From positions 9,513 to 73,512 of the forward strand of contig CALZIQ010000003.1 in the NCBI GenBank assembly GCA_945787735.1: a DNA stretch of 64,000 bases. Reading direction: 5' to 3'. The notes under the pieces were generated by a model. That model was not told the DNA's origin, searched no databases, and worked only from the letters and a program-made list of their open reading frames with translations. Made by a program: the position numbers and the translations under genes. This stretch comes from an uncultured Chromatiaceae bacterium (GTDB lineage: Bacteria > Pseudomonadota > Gammaproteobacteria > Tenderiales > Tenderiaceae). Of the stretch, positions 19,951 through 28,845 are shown piece after piece. Every line of letters begins with the position of its first letter. Positions within the stretch are counted from its first letter, which is position 1.

Positions 19951-20499
19951 TTAGGGATCGATCGTTTGCTGGATTTTTCTTTTCTCGTGCCACTTTTTTC
20001 TCATCCAGGCAAAATTGCTCCAAAAGCTATTCAAGGGTTTGTTGTCTCCAAACCAGTTCGTGCTTATAATTTCTCTTAGCTTTTCTGTTTTATCCCAAAA
20101 TTCGTCTGGAAAGGGTATTACCTCATTGATCAGTTCTAGTGGTAAATATTTGAGCCGTAATGAGGCGCCTAGTTGTTCGTAGTGTCTCCCAATCAGGCTA
20201 AACTCCTTTAACTCCGAGCTTAGATATAAGAGTTTTCCAGTTGCATATTTTTTCTTTAAGTTGTCAATGCTGAGGTTTGCATTATTGTCCATCTTTTCAA
20301 GAAAACTGAATATGTGATTTCTGATTTCAGTGTCCCGGTCGATTATTTTTTGCAGTTGCTCCCAGTTTTTTAGCTGCAGGTTGTCCTGGGAAATTCGTGT
20401 CATTTTGTTTCGATTCCAGATTAGAAATAGGCCGGCGCAAATGCCGCCTATGACGGTTAGTTTTTCTAGAAAGCTAACAATTGAAAGCAGGATGTCCAT
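19951..20499 (-). CDS. Hypothetical N-terminally membrane-anchored protein (182 aa), low-GC
   Basis: One N-terminal TM helix (ILLSIVSFLEKLTVIGGICAGLFLIW) followed by a K/N/E/I-rich soluble part. AT-rich codon usage differs from the flanks. The layout is vaguely DUF4760-like (unverified). Confidence 0.55.
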   Translation of the reverse strand: MDILLSIVSFLEKLTVIGGICAGLFLIWNRNKMTRISQDNLQLKNWEQLQKIIDRDTEIRNHIFSFLEKMDNNANLSIDNLKKKYATGKLLYLSSELKEFSLIGRHYEQLGASLRLKYLPLELINEVIPFPDEFWDKTEKLREIISTNWFGDNKPLNSFWSNFAWMRKKWHEKRKIQQTIDP

Positions 20500-20640
20500 T
20501 CGATAAAAACTCCTGATTAAGGTTGGTAGGTTATCTGGGTGGTGTTTTGGGATGACTTGCTATTCCCAATTATGGTCCATGTTCCTGATATAAAATAGCT
20601 GGCGCTACCGTCTTTGTGGGCTGTTGATGTTTTTTGCGTT

Positions 20641-20851
20641 GGTTTGCCCGTTCACTCGTTTAGTATCTTCTTTGTTCATAACAAGTAATTATAATGAAGG
20701 ACAGGCCTATGGTTTGTCTGAGTTTTGTCTCATCTCAGCGAGCTGAGGTGCTATCCCGGGTCGGGGTATCGAATCTGGTGCATACGGTCTGTCTCGATGA
20801 AACGTCGAAGCCAATTGGTCGAGGCACGTGGGATCTATGTGTTCAGAATAA
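20641..20851 (+). pseudogene. Diverged duplicate of the maf upstream region plus its first ~45 codons (maf' fragment)
   Basis: 'MVCLSFVSSQRAEVLSRVGVSNLVHTVCLDETSKP' compares with Maf 'MICLGSASPRRAELLTRIGVSYVVHTADLDETPKP'. The DNA aligns with 22222-22430 at about 70% by eye, including about 70 nt upstream of the ATG. There is a 1-nt indel near 20820. Confidence 0.8.
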
Positions 20852-20872
20852 TATCTTCTTCCCTCATCACAG

Positions 20873-22066
20873 CTACGAGTTTGCTTTTGCCGCTGAAAAC
20901 TTTAATGGGTATGCAAATTGTCGCAGGTAACCTGAGGGTACTGGGTGTCCGGCAACGCCATACCCAGATGGCCACTTGCCCTTAGGCATATAATAAGTCC
21001 CGAACAATTTGTCAAACACAGGGAAATGAATGGAAAAATTGACATCAATCGCTTCCTTCTCAATGCCGTGATGCCAATGATGAAAGCGCGGAGTAACGAT
21101 GATTGGCTTGAGGAATTCGATATCGAATTTGATGTTTGAATGAATGTAGGTTGAGTAGAGGTAAACGACGACGAGATAAGCATAAATTACTGACTCTTCA
21201 AAGCCGAGAGCGTACATTGGAATAACTGTCAGGCCGCGTAAACAAATGATCTCGATAAAGTGCATGCGTGAACCCGCGAGCCAGTCAAGTGTGCGTGCTG
21301 AATGATGGATCGCATGAAATTTCCATAAGAAAGGCACGCGATGAAACAACCGGTGTACCCAATATTGTACGAAGTCAGTCAGAAACATGATTTCCAGAAA
21401 CTGCAGCCAAACTGGCTGACTGGCGATAGCAGATTGAACGGATGCAAGTTGGATATTGTCCAGAATGAAATTTGATGGGGCGAGCGATAGATATGTGAGT
21501 GACTGAACCATAAGGCTGCTGATCAGAAAATAAAACAAATCTTCCCGCCATTCGAACCTAAATACCGACTGGTTGTTGCGGCGAAACAGTCGCTCCAGTG
21601 GAAGAAAAATAAGGCCGGTTAATGTCAGATTCAGCATGAACCAGTCTAGGCCGAAGTAGATCCCGCTGGTGAGCTCATGTGACGTATCTGCATTGGCCCC
21701 GCCCAAACTCACCGCAACCAAAATCAAAGTTAGGGCTGTAAAACCTAGCAGTTTGTTCTGGCGCAGGATGAGGCTGATGCATGCCAACAGGAAGCCGGCG
21801 ACCAAGAAAACATGTAGGGCGATCCGAAACAAATCAACGTCTATCGCAGATCGAATTTCGGGTACGGTTAATAGTTGTGGATAGTAAAGACATACGACAG
21901 CAGAGAGTCCAGCTATCGCCAGAAAAAAGGATAACACACCACTAATCCAGCCTGTTCCAAAGTGAGTTGATGGTTGAGAAGCCTCAAGTTCTTGTAGAAG
22001 TGATTTTCTTAGCGTGCTAAACATGTTGTTATTCTCGTTTTTTGGTTTAAATGGCAATAGTGCCAA
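20873..22066 (-). CDS. Fatty-acid hydroxylase/sterol desaturase-superfamily integral membrane protein
   Basis: Three histidine boxes: 'HRLFH', 'HAIHH' and 'HHWHH'. The N-terminal half is polytopic. G+C is low (23/60 in the hand-counted sample 21481-21540). Confidence 0.8.
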   Translation of the reverse strand: MALLPFKPKNENNNMFSTLRKSLLQELEASQPSTHFGTGWISGVLSFFLAIAGLSAVVCLYYPQLLTVPEIRSAIDVDLFRIALHVFLVAGFLLACISLILRQNKLLGFTALTLILVAVSLGGANADTSHELTSGIYFGLDWFMLNLTLTGLIFLPLERLFRRNNQSVFRFEWREDLFYFLISSLMVQSLTYLSLAPSNFILDNIQLASVQSAIASQPVWLQFLEIMFLTDFVQYWVHRLFHRVPFLWKFHAIHHSARTLDWLAGSRMHFIEIICLRGLTVIPMYALGFEESVIYAYLVVVYLYSTYIHSNIKFDIEFLKPIIVTPRFHHWHHGIEKEAIDVNFSIHFPVFDKLFGTYYMPKGKWPSGYGVAGHPVPSGYLRQFAYPLKFSAAKANS

Positions 22067-22221
22067 AGTGCATGGCAGGTTGGTTTAGATGCTACTTTGG
22101 AGAGATTGATTGCCCTAAAGCGGGGTATCATCTGCTCGATAAATCTTATCGCTTTAAAAATAACGGCAGATTGACCAAAGGCTTTTGTGATTTTTCGATC
22201 TGCCTTAAATATAAACGCTCA

Positions 22222-22430
22222 GGTTTGCCCTTTCACCCCCAGCCTAGTATCTTCCTCGTTGATATCAAGTGATTGTAACGATGACCAAACCTATGATTTG
22301 TCTGGGTTCTGCCTCACCTCGGCGGGCCGAGTTGCTGACCCGGATCGGTGTGTCGTATGTAGTGCATACGGCCGACCTCGACGAGACACCGAAGCCGGGT
22401 GAGGCGGCCGAGGTTTATGTATTAAGAATG
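22222..22430 (+). repeat. Second (functional) copy of the maf 5' duplication
   Basis: Direct repeat partner of 20641-20851; it covers the maf leader and first ~50 codons. Confidence 0.8.
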
Positions 22431-22898
22431 GCGCTGGAAAAGGCGGCGGCGGTGTTGGGTGAAAATCCAGGCTTACCGGTGCTGGCGGCAGATACTGCGG
22501 TGGTGGTCGATGGCGAGATTTTGGGCAAGCCGCGTGATCAGGTCGATGGACTGGCGATGTTAGCGCGTCTATCTGGAAGGGCTCATCATGTGTTGACCTC
22601 TGTGGCTTTGCTAGAGCCGGGGGCGGAAGGACGCTGCGCAAGTCGATTAAGTGTTAATAAAGTGGTGTTCCGTTGCACTTCGGAGGCTGAACGCTTGGCC
22701 TATTGGCACACCGGCGAGCCGGTCGATAAAGCTGGCGCTTATGGCGTCCAAGGTTATGCCGCCATCTTTATAAAGCGCCTTGAAGGGAGTTTTTCCGGAG
22801 TGATGGGGCTGCCGCTGTTTGAGACTGCTGAGCTGCTAAGAGAATTTGGAATTAATCTGTGTGATAACTGGGGCGTTAGCGCTCGAACGGATAATTAA
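22281..22898 (+). CDS. maf: Maf-like nucleoside-triphosphate pyrophosphatase (YhdE type)
   Basis: 'LGSASPRRAELL', 'DETP' and 'DKAGAYGVQG'; synteny maf-rng. The start is ambiguous (GTG 22269, ATG 22281 or ATG 22293). Confidence 0.88.
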   Translation: MTKPMICLGSASPRRAELLTRIGVSYVVHTADLDETPKPGEAAEVYVLRMALEKAAAVLGENPGLPVLAADTAVVVDGEILGKPRDQVDGLAMLARLSGRAHHVLTSVALLEPGAEGRCASRLSVNKVVFRCTSEAERLAYWHTGEPVDKAGAYGVQGYAAIFIKRLEGSFSGVMGLPLFETAELLREFGINLCDNWGVSARTDN

Positions 22899-22901
22899 TC
22901 G

Positions 22902-24353
22902 ATGTCGATAGAGATCTTGATGAATGTGACACCGCATGAGACCCGCGTGGCCGTGGTCGAAAATGGTGTTTTACAGGAAGTGATCGTTGAGCGTGAGCGG
23001 CGTCGTGGCCTGGTAGGTAATATCTATAAAGGAAAGGTATCGCGGGTGTTGCCGGGTATGCAGGCGGCGTTTATCGATATCGGCCTGGAGCGCGCGGCTT
23101 TTCTGCATGCCTCAGACATTGCCCAAGGGCATGATGACGATGAGCACACCGATAATATTGCCCGGTTGTTGCATGACGGTCAGGAGCTGTTGGTGCAGGT
23201 GATTAAGGATCCACTTGGCACCAAGGGCGCGCGTTTGACCACCCATGTCACCATCCCGTCCCGCTTTCTGGTGTTTACCCCCGATGTGTTTCATGCCGGC
23301 GTCTCGCTCAAGATCGAAGATGAGCTGGAACGGCACAGACTCAAGGATGTGATGTCGGTGCTGATGCAGGGTTCTGCCGGTGGTTATATTGCTCGCACCG
23401 CCGCCGAAGGGGTGCCGATTGAACTGATTAGGGCAGATACCGAGTTTTTGAATAAATTATGGGAGTCAGTGCAAGAGCGCATGGCTACCGCGAAGGCGGG
23501 CGAGATTGTGCATGAGGACTTGCCGCTGGTGATGCGCATCCTGCGTGATGTAGTAGATGGGGATGTGGAAAAGCTGCGCATCGACTCGCGCCGTGCGACC
23601 CGTCGGGTGAGCCAGTTTGCCGAACAGTTCATGCCCGAGATCGCTTCGCGCATTGGCCACTACCCGGGTGAGCGTCCCATCTTTGATCTGTATGGTGTTG
23701 AGGATGAAATTCAGAAGGCGCTCGACCGCAAGGTGCACCTAAAGTCCGGCGGTTATCTGATCATCGACCAGACCGAAGCCATGACTACCATCGATGTGAA
23801 TACAGGGGCTTTTGTCGGTCACCGCAATCTGGAAGAGACTATCTTCAAAACCAACCTCGAGGCGACCCAGACCATTGCGCGTCAACTGAGGCTGCGCAAT
23901 CTCGGTGGTATCATCATTATTGATTTCATCGATATGGTGGAGGAGGAACACAAACGCCAGGTGTTGCGTTCACTGCAAAAGAATCTGGAGCGCGACCGCG
24001 CCAAGAGCCACATTACCGAAGTTTCAGCACTGGGGCTGGTGGAGATGACACGCAAACGCACACGCGAATCGCTAGAGCGGGTGTTATGTGAGTCCTGTCC
24101 GGTCTGTAGTGGTCGTGGCACACTCAAGACACCGGAGACGGTTTGTTTCGAAATTTTTCGCGAAATCATGCGCGAAGCGCGCCAGTTTGATGCTCAGCAA
24201 TATTTGGTACTGGCCTCACAGGAGGTCGTGGATATCCTGCTTGATGAAGAGTCCACCAGCATTGCCGAGCTGGAAGAATTTATCGGCAAACCCATCAAGC
24301 TGCAGGTGGAATCGCTCTACACCCAGGAGCAGTTTGATGTTGTGATGATGTGA
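22902..24353 (+). CDS. rng: Ribonuclease G
   Basis: S1 domain 'GNIYKGKVSRVLPGMQAAFIDIG', 'IIDQTEAMTTIDVNTG', 'GGIIIIDFIDM' and a 'CPVCSGRG' zinc link. Confidence 0.93.
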   Translation: MSIEILMNVTPHETRVAVVENGVLQEVIVERERRRGLVGNIYKGKVSRVLPGMQAAFIDIGLERAAFLHASDIAQGHDDDEHTDNIARLLHDGQELLVQVIKDPLGTKGARLTTHVTIPSRFLVFTPDVFHAGVSLKIEDELERHRLKDVMSVLMQGSAGGYIARTAAEGVPIELIRADTEFLNKLWESVQERMATAKAGEIVHEDLPLVMRILRDVVDGDVEKLRIDSRRATRRVSQFAEQFMPEIASRIGHYPGERPIFDLYGVEDEIQKALDRKVHLKSGGYLIIDQTEAMTTIDVNTGAFVGHRNLEETIFKTNLEATQTIARQLRLRNLGGIIIIDFIDMVEEEHKRQVLRSLQKNLERDRAKSHITEVSALGLVEMTRKRTRESLERVLCESCPVCSGRGTLKTPETVCFEIFREIMREARQFDAQQYLVLASQEVVDILLDEESTSIAELEEFIGKPIKLQVESLYTQEQFDVVMM

Positions 24354-24400
24354 GCGTCAGCGCAATTTCATTCCACGTGATTTTCTATCCTTAAACTACT

Positions 24401-27400
24401 ATGAAGGTCACATACAAGGTCATCCGTTTTATTTCCAGGCACACTTGGTGGTGGACCTTTGCATTTCTCATTTTGTTGGCTGTCTTGCTCAGCGCTGCAC
24501 GTTTGTTGTTGCCGCAGCTGGGGCAGTACAAACAAGAGCTCGAGATTGAGATCAGCCAGATCATTGGTCAGCCAGTCTCCATTGCCGAATTCGAGATTGG
24601 CTGGCACGGCTATGGTCCACGCCTGTTTCTGCATGATGTACAGCTGCTGGATCGCGCTGGTGGTCAGGTGCTGTTTGCATTTAACGAGGCGCATATTGAT
24701 GCCTCTCTGCCGCTGACCCTGTATCGCGCCCAGGTTGCCTTGCAAGACCTGACGTTGGATGGGATTGAGCTGACGCTGGTGCGTCAGGCCGATGGTCGTT
24801 TTTCGTTGGGAGAGATGGCCCTGCCGCAGGCCGAGACTGAGTCAGACGGATCCGGTGGCGCTGCCGTATTTGACTGGCTGTTCCGTCAAAAAACCTTGGC
24901 GATCGAAAATAGCACCCTTTATTTTCATGATAAACAGCGGGACAATTTTTCCCTAACCGTGCGTGATGTCAATCTCTATCTGCGCAATGATGGCAGTGAG
25001 CACTTTCTCGGCGGCCGTGTCTTTTTACCTTCCACTCTCGGGGGGCGGATCGAGGTGATGGCGCAGGCGCAGGGAGAGATCGGTGATTATAAAAACTGGC
25101 TGATCGATTTTTACGCTGAAGGTACGGGTCTGGAACTGGTGCAATGGTTGGTGGATCAGCCCAATCTGGGCATGCGCATGGTCAACGGCACGGCCGAGGT
25201 TGAATTGTGGGGCAGCATACGGCAAGGCCAGCTGGATAATCTTAAAGGCTATCTGATGATGCGTGATGCTTACTTGGCGCCGGACCAGCCAATCGAAGGT
25301 ATGACGCTGGACGTGCAGAAGATCTCCTCCCTGTTCGGCGAGTTTGTCTGGCAAGGCAGGGATGAAGGTTGGAGCCTCGATGTGGACCGACTGCGTCTGG
25401 TGATGGATGAGGTGGCCTGGACACCTTCACGCATCCATGTCGAACAGTCTGTAGTGGCGCAGGGGCAGCAGCTTGAAGTGGCGGCCAGCTTTGCCCGTCT
25501 GGATGATATTTCCAGCTTGATGGCGCTGAGTTCACATCTGAGCCAAGAGCAGCGTCAGATTCTGTTGACTACCAAACCACGAGGCGAATTGCATGCCGGC
25601 TATCTGAGATTGCAGCTGGCGGAAAATGAGGTTCAGGATTATTTTGTTCGTGGGGAGCTGAAAAATCTTGCCCTGCTACCGTGGAAAAAACTGCCTGGGT
25701 TTGATGGTCTGGATCTGTCGCTTAATTTAAATAAGTGGGGCGGTGTGGCGGATTTAAGTACCCGCGGTGCGTATCTTGAAGTGCACAATTTGTTTCGTGA
25801 TTATTTTGTTGTTGACGAGATGCTTGGTCGTCTGGCCTGGCAGCAGCAGGACGAAGGTATGGTGTTGGAGCTACGCCAGCTGGATCTGGTCAACCCGGAT
25901 GCTGCCGTATCTGTCGATGGGCAGGTGTTTCTACCGGCAGATAAAAGTTCACCTTTGGTGAAGTTGTTGCTGGATATCAAGCGTGGCAATGGCTCAAATA
26001 CTTCGCGTTATCTGCCGGCTAAAAAAATGCCTGGCAAATCGGTCGAGTGGCTCGATCGCGCTATTGTGGCGGGTGATGTGACATCCGGTGCCATGGTGTT
26101 GCAGGGGCCGATTAAACGTTTTCCCTTCAATGATGGTTCGGGCCGATTCGAAATCCGCTTCAATGTTTCCAACGGTATCCTCGATTACCGAGAAGATTGG
26201 CCGCGTATCGAGCAGATCGAAACCGAGGTAGCCTTTATCGGTAGCCGCATGGATATCAATGCGGTGGCGGGCAAGGTCTTGGCCAGTGATATCAACTACG
26301 TTGGTGTAGACATCCCTGATATGCGCGCTAAGCCAGCCGTATTAAACCTGCAGGGGCAGGCCGATGGTTCATTGAATGACGTGTTGCGCTTTTTGAATCA
26401 AAGTCCGTTACGGCAGCAATTTGGTAATGTTACCGAGGATGCTACGGCGGAGGGTGATAGTCGTCTTGACCTGAGTTTACATATTCCGCTGGGTGGGACT
26501 GCCCAGGTTGAAACACAGGGCAAGGTCAGTGTTGAGAACGGCAGTATTGATTTTACCCGCATGGGGGTCGATTTGTCTGAATTATCGGGACAGATCGAGT
26601 TCAGCGCTGATGGGTTGTCGGCACAATCGGTCAGCGGCAAGGTGATGGGGCAGCCGGCCACGGTCAATATATTTTCCGAAGTGCAGGCGCAGCAGCGGGT
26701 GAATATGGTGTTCGAGGCCATGGGGCAGACTCGTTATGAGGCCCTGGCCGAACGGCTTGATCTGTTTGTGTTTCCTTACCTTGAAGGTTCAAGTCAGTGG
26801 CGCGCCAGGCTGGAGATTCCGCGGAGTACGGATGAAGTTGTGGTGTCGCCGAGCCTGAAACTGACTTCAGATTTGCAGGGAACGGCAATACACATGCCAG
26901 CGCCACTACAAAAAGCGGCTGACGAGGCGCGTGAGTTTGAATTGCTTACCCGTTTTGAGGAGCAGGGTAGTCATTGGTTTTTTGATTACCAGGCCGAGAC
27001 CGTGACCGGGGCGTTTCAACTCTGGGCTGAGAAAGGATTGGCGCACGGAGAAATACGCCTGGGCGCTACGGCCGAATTGCCGCAAAAAAAAGGGCTGCGT
27101 ATTTCCGGTGTGATGGACCATTTTGTTTATGATCAGTGGCAACCATTGTTGCAGCGAGATGAAGGGGAGGCGTCGGATGAGCCTGCAGTGGTCAATCAGC
27201 TAGATTTGCATATCGGCACAGTCGAGTTGTTTGGGCAAAGTCTGCATGACGTTCAGCTTGACGCTGAGCATGCTGAATCCTTGTGGGTGGCTGAAGTTAA
27301 GAGCAAAGAGCTGACAGGCAAGGTTTGGTTGCCGGACAATTGGAACAATGTGCTGGAAATGGATCTTGAGCATCTTTATCTGGCGAGGGCAAAAGATGGA

Positions 27401-28294
27401 AACGTAGCGGCAGAGGAAGAGCCCTTCGATCCAAATGCGCTTCCTCCCCTCGTTATTAATAGCAAACAAACCCGATATGGCAATCTGGGGTTGGGGCAGG
27501 TAGCGCTGGTCACACGTAAGCAGGCGACGGGCTTGAGAATTGAAAAGCTGACACTCAGTTCAGATATCCTCGATGCCAAGATTGAAGGCGTGTGGCTCAA
27601 GGCAGCAAAGCATCATTCCGTCGTTAGTGCTGAATTGAATGTGCGCGACCTGGGGTCTTTGTTGGGTGGCTTAGGTTATGTCGAGACGGTCAAGCATGGT
27701 CAGGGACTGGGTCAGTTGAACCTGAGCTGGGATGGCCCGTTGCCCGATTACGATCTGGCCAGTCTCGACGGCACTGTTGATTTCGATTTTGAGGACGGGA
27801 GTTTGCTCGAAGTCGAGCCAGGCGCCGGTCGTTTCTTTGGCCTGCTGAGTATCTCGGCCTTGCCACGACGCCTGATGCTCGATTTCAGCGACTTCTTCGG
27901 CAAGGGCTTTGCCTTTGATCACATGCGCGGCCATTTTGATATAAAGGATGGTAACGCCTTTACCGAAAACTTTGAGATGGATGGCCCTGCCGCACGCATA
28001 GAACTGCAAGGCCGAGTCGGTCTGTTGCAAGAAGACTATGATCAGCGCGTTAAGGTAGTGCCGCATGTGACCTCGGGGTTGCCCACCCTGGCAGGTATTC
28101 TAACCGGGCAGATTGCGCCCGCCGTGGTGTTGGCATTGATCGAAAAGATAACCAAGCCTGGTGTGGATAAGGCGACTGGAATCTATTATCAAGTATCCGG
28201 AAGCTGGGATGAGCCTGTTGTTGAACCCGTTGAACTCGCAGAGCCAGCAAAACAAGACAGTCAGGCAGGCAAGGCAGATTTGCCGCCTAAATAA
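24401..28294 (+). CDS. yhdP: YhdP-family (AsmA-like, TIGR02099-type) large envelope protein
   Basis: 1297 aa with an N-terminal TM helix. Conserved position after rng, and the C-terminal block 'DFSDFFGKGFAFD...G.F' is typical of YhdP. Confidence 0.85.
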   Translation: MKVTYKVIRFISRHTWWWTFAFLILLAVLLSAARLLLPQLGQYKQELEIEISQIIGQPVSIAEFEIGWHGYGPRLFLHDVQLLDRAGGQVLFAFNEAHIDASLPLTLYRAQVALQDLTLDGIELTLVRQADGRFSLGEMALPQAETESDGSGGAAVFDWLFRQKTLAIENSTLYFHDKQRDNFSLTVRDVNLYLRNDGSEHFLGGRVFLPSTLGGRIEVMAQAQGEIGDYKNWLIDFYAEGTGLELVQWLVDQPNLGMRMVNGTAEVELWGSIRQGQLDNLKGYLMMRDAYLAPDQPIEGMTLDVQKISSLFGEFVWQGRDEGWSLDVDRLRLVMDEVAWTPSRIHVEQSVVAQGQQLEVAASFARLDDISSLMALSSHLSQEQRQILLTTKPRGELHAGYLRLQLAENEVQDYFVRGELKNLALLPWKKLPGFDGLDLSLNLNKWGGVADLSTRGAYLEVHNLFRDYFVVDEMLGRLAWQQQDEGMVLELRQLDLVNPDAAVSVDGQVFLPADKSSPLVKLLLDIKRGNGSNTSRYLPAKKMPGKSVEWLDRAIVAGDVTSGAMVLQGPIKRFPFNDGSGRFEIRFNVSNGILDYREDWPRIEQIETEVAFIGSRMDINAVAGKVLASDINYVGVDIPDMRAKPAVLNLQGQADGSLNDVLRFLNQSPLRQQFGNVTEDATAEGDSRLDLSLHIPLGGTAQVETQGKVSVENGSIDFTRMGVDLSELSGQIEFSADGLSAQSVSGKVMGQPATVNIFSEVQAQQRVNMVFEAMGQTRYEALAERLDLFVFPYLEGSSQWRARLEIPRSTDEVVVSPSLKLTSDLQGTAIHMPAPLQKAADEAREFELLTRFEEQGSHWFFDYQAETVTGAFQLWAEKGLAHGEIRLGATAELPQKKGLRISGVMDHFVYDQWQPLLQRDEGEASDEPAVVNQLDLHIGTVELFGQSLHDVQLDAEHAESLWVAEVKSKELTGKVWLPDNWNNVLEMDLEHLYLARAKDGNVAAEEEPFDPNALPPLVINSKQTRYGNLGLGQVALVTRKQATGLRIEKLTLSSDILDAKIEGVWLKAAKHHSVVSAELNVRDLGSLLGGLGYVETVKHGQGLGQLNLSWDGPLPDYDLASLDGTVDFDFEDGSLLEVEPGAGRFFGLLSISALPRRLMLDFSDFFGKGFAFDHMRGHFDIKDGNAFTENFEMDGPAARIELQGRVGLLQEDYDQRVKVVPHVTSGLPTLAGILTGQIAPAVVLALIEKITKPGVDKATGIYYQVSGSWDEPVVEPVELAEPAKQDSQAGKADLPPK

Positions 28295-28845
28295 TGCGGC
28301 AAGGCTTGTTCAATGATATTCTCCTCCTGATGAAGCGCTATCTGTTTTTAATACTCATTTTTTTAATGCCTTTTACCTATGCCGCAGAAGAAACGGTGGC
28401 TGAGCTTGGCCCCGAGTTTTGGTTTACACCGCGTCATGGTGATGTGATCGCAGCGCACGAAGGTGTCAGGGCGGCAGTCAAAAAGCTGATTGCCGAACCT
28501 GAGGCCTATCTGGTTGTGCGTTATCCTGACACAGAGTCCGGCGAGTTATGGGGGCAAGAGTTGCAGGCCTGGTTGGTGTCGCTGGGATTAGTTATGGATA
28601 GAATGGAATTGCAATCAGCCCCTGAGCGGCTTGAGTCGGTTGCGCTGGTGGTTATCTCGCCTGATGTTGAAACAGAAGAGCTGTCGTTGATTGAAGACAC
28701 TGATGTAGGTGGTGTCGAAACAGATATGATGGCAGAGACTGACAAATTACCGCAGACGTCAGCAGATGAGCATCAGACCGAATCATCACAACAACAAGTG
28801 GTCGAAGAAGCAGTAGAAGTGCAGGTTGAAACGGAGTTGGAATGA
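28294..28845 (+). CDS. Hypothetical secreted protein with a highly acidic C-terminal tail
   Basis: TAATG overlap with the yhdP stop and ATGA overlap with the next gene. Signal-peptide-like 'MKRYLFLILIFLMPFTYA'. The C-terminal ~70 aa are rich in E/D/T/Q/V. Confidence 0.55.
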   Translation: MRQGLFNDILLLMKRYLFLILIFLMPFTYAAEETVAELGPEFWFTPRHGDVIAAHEGVRAAVKKLIAEPEAYLVVRYPDTESGELWGQELQAWLVSLGLVMDRMELQSAPERLESVALVVISPDVETEELSLIEDTDVGGVETDMMAETDKLPQTSADEHQTESSQQQVVEEAVEVQVETELE

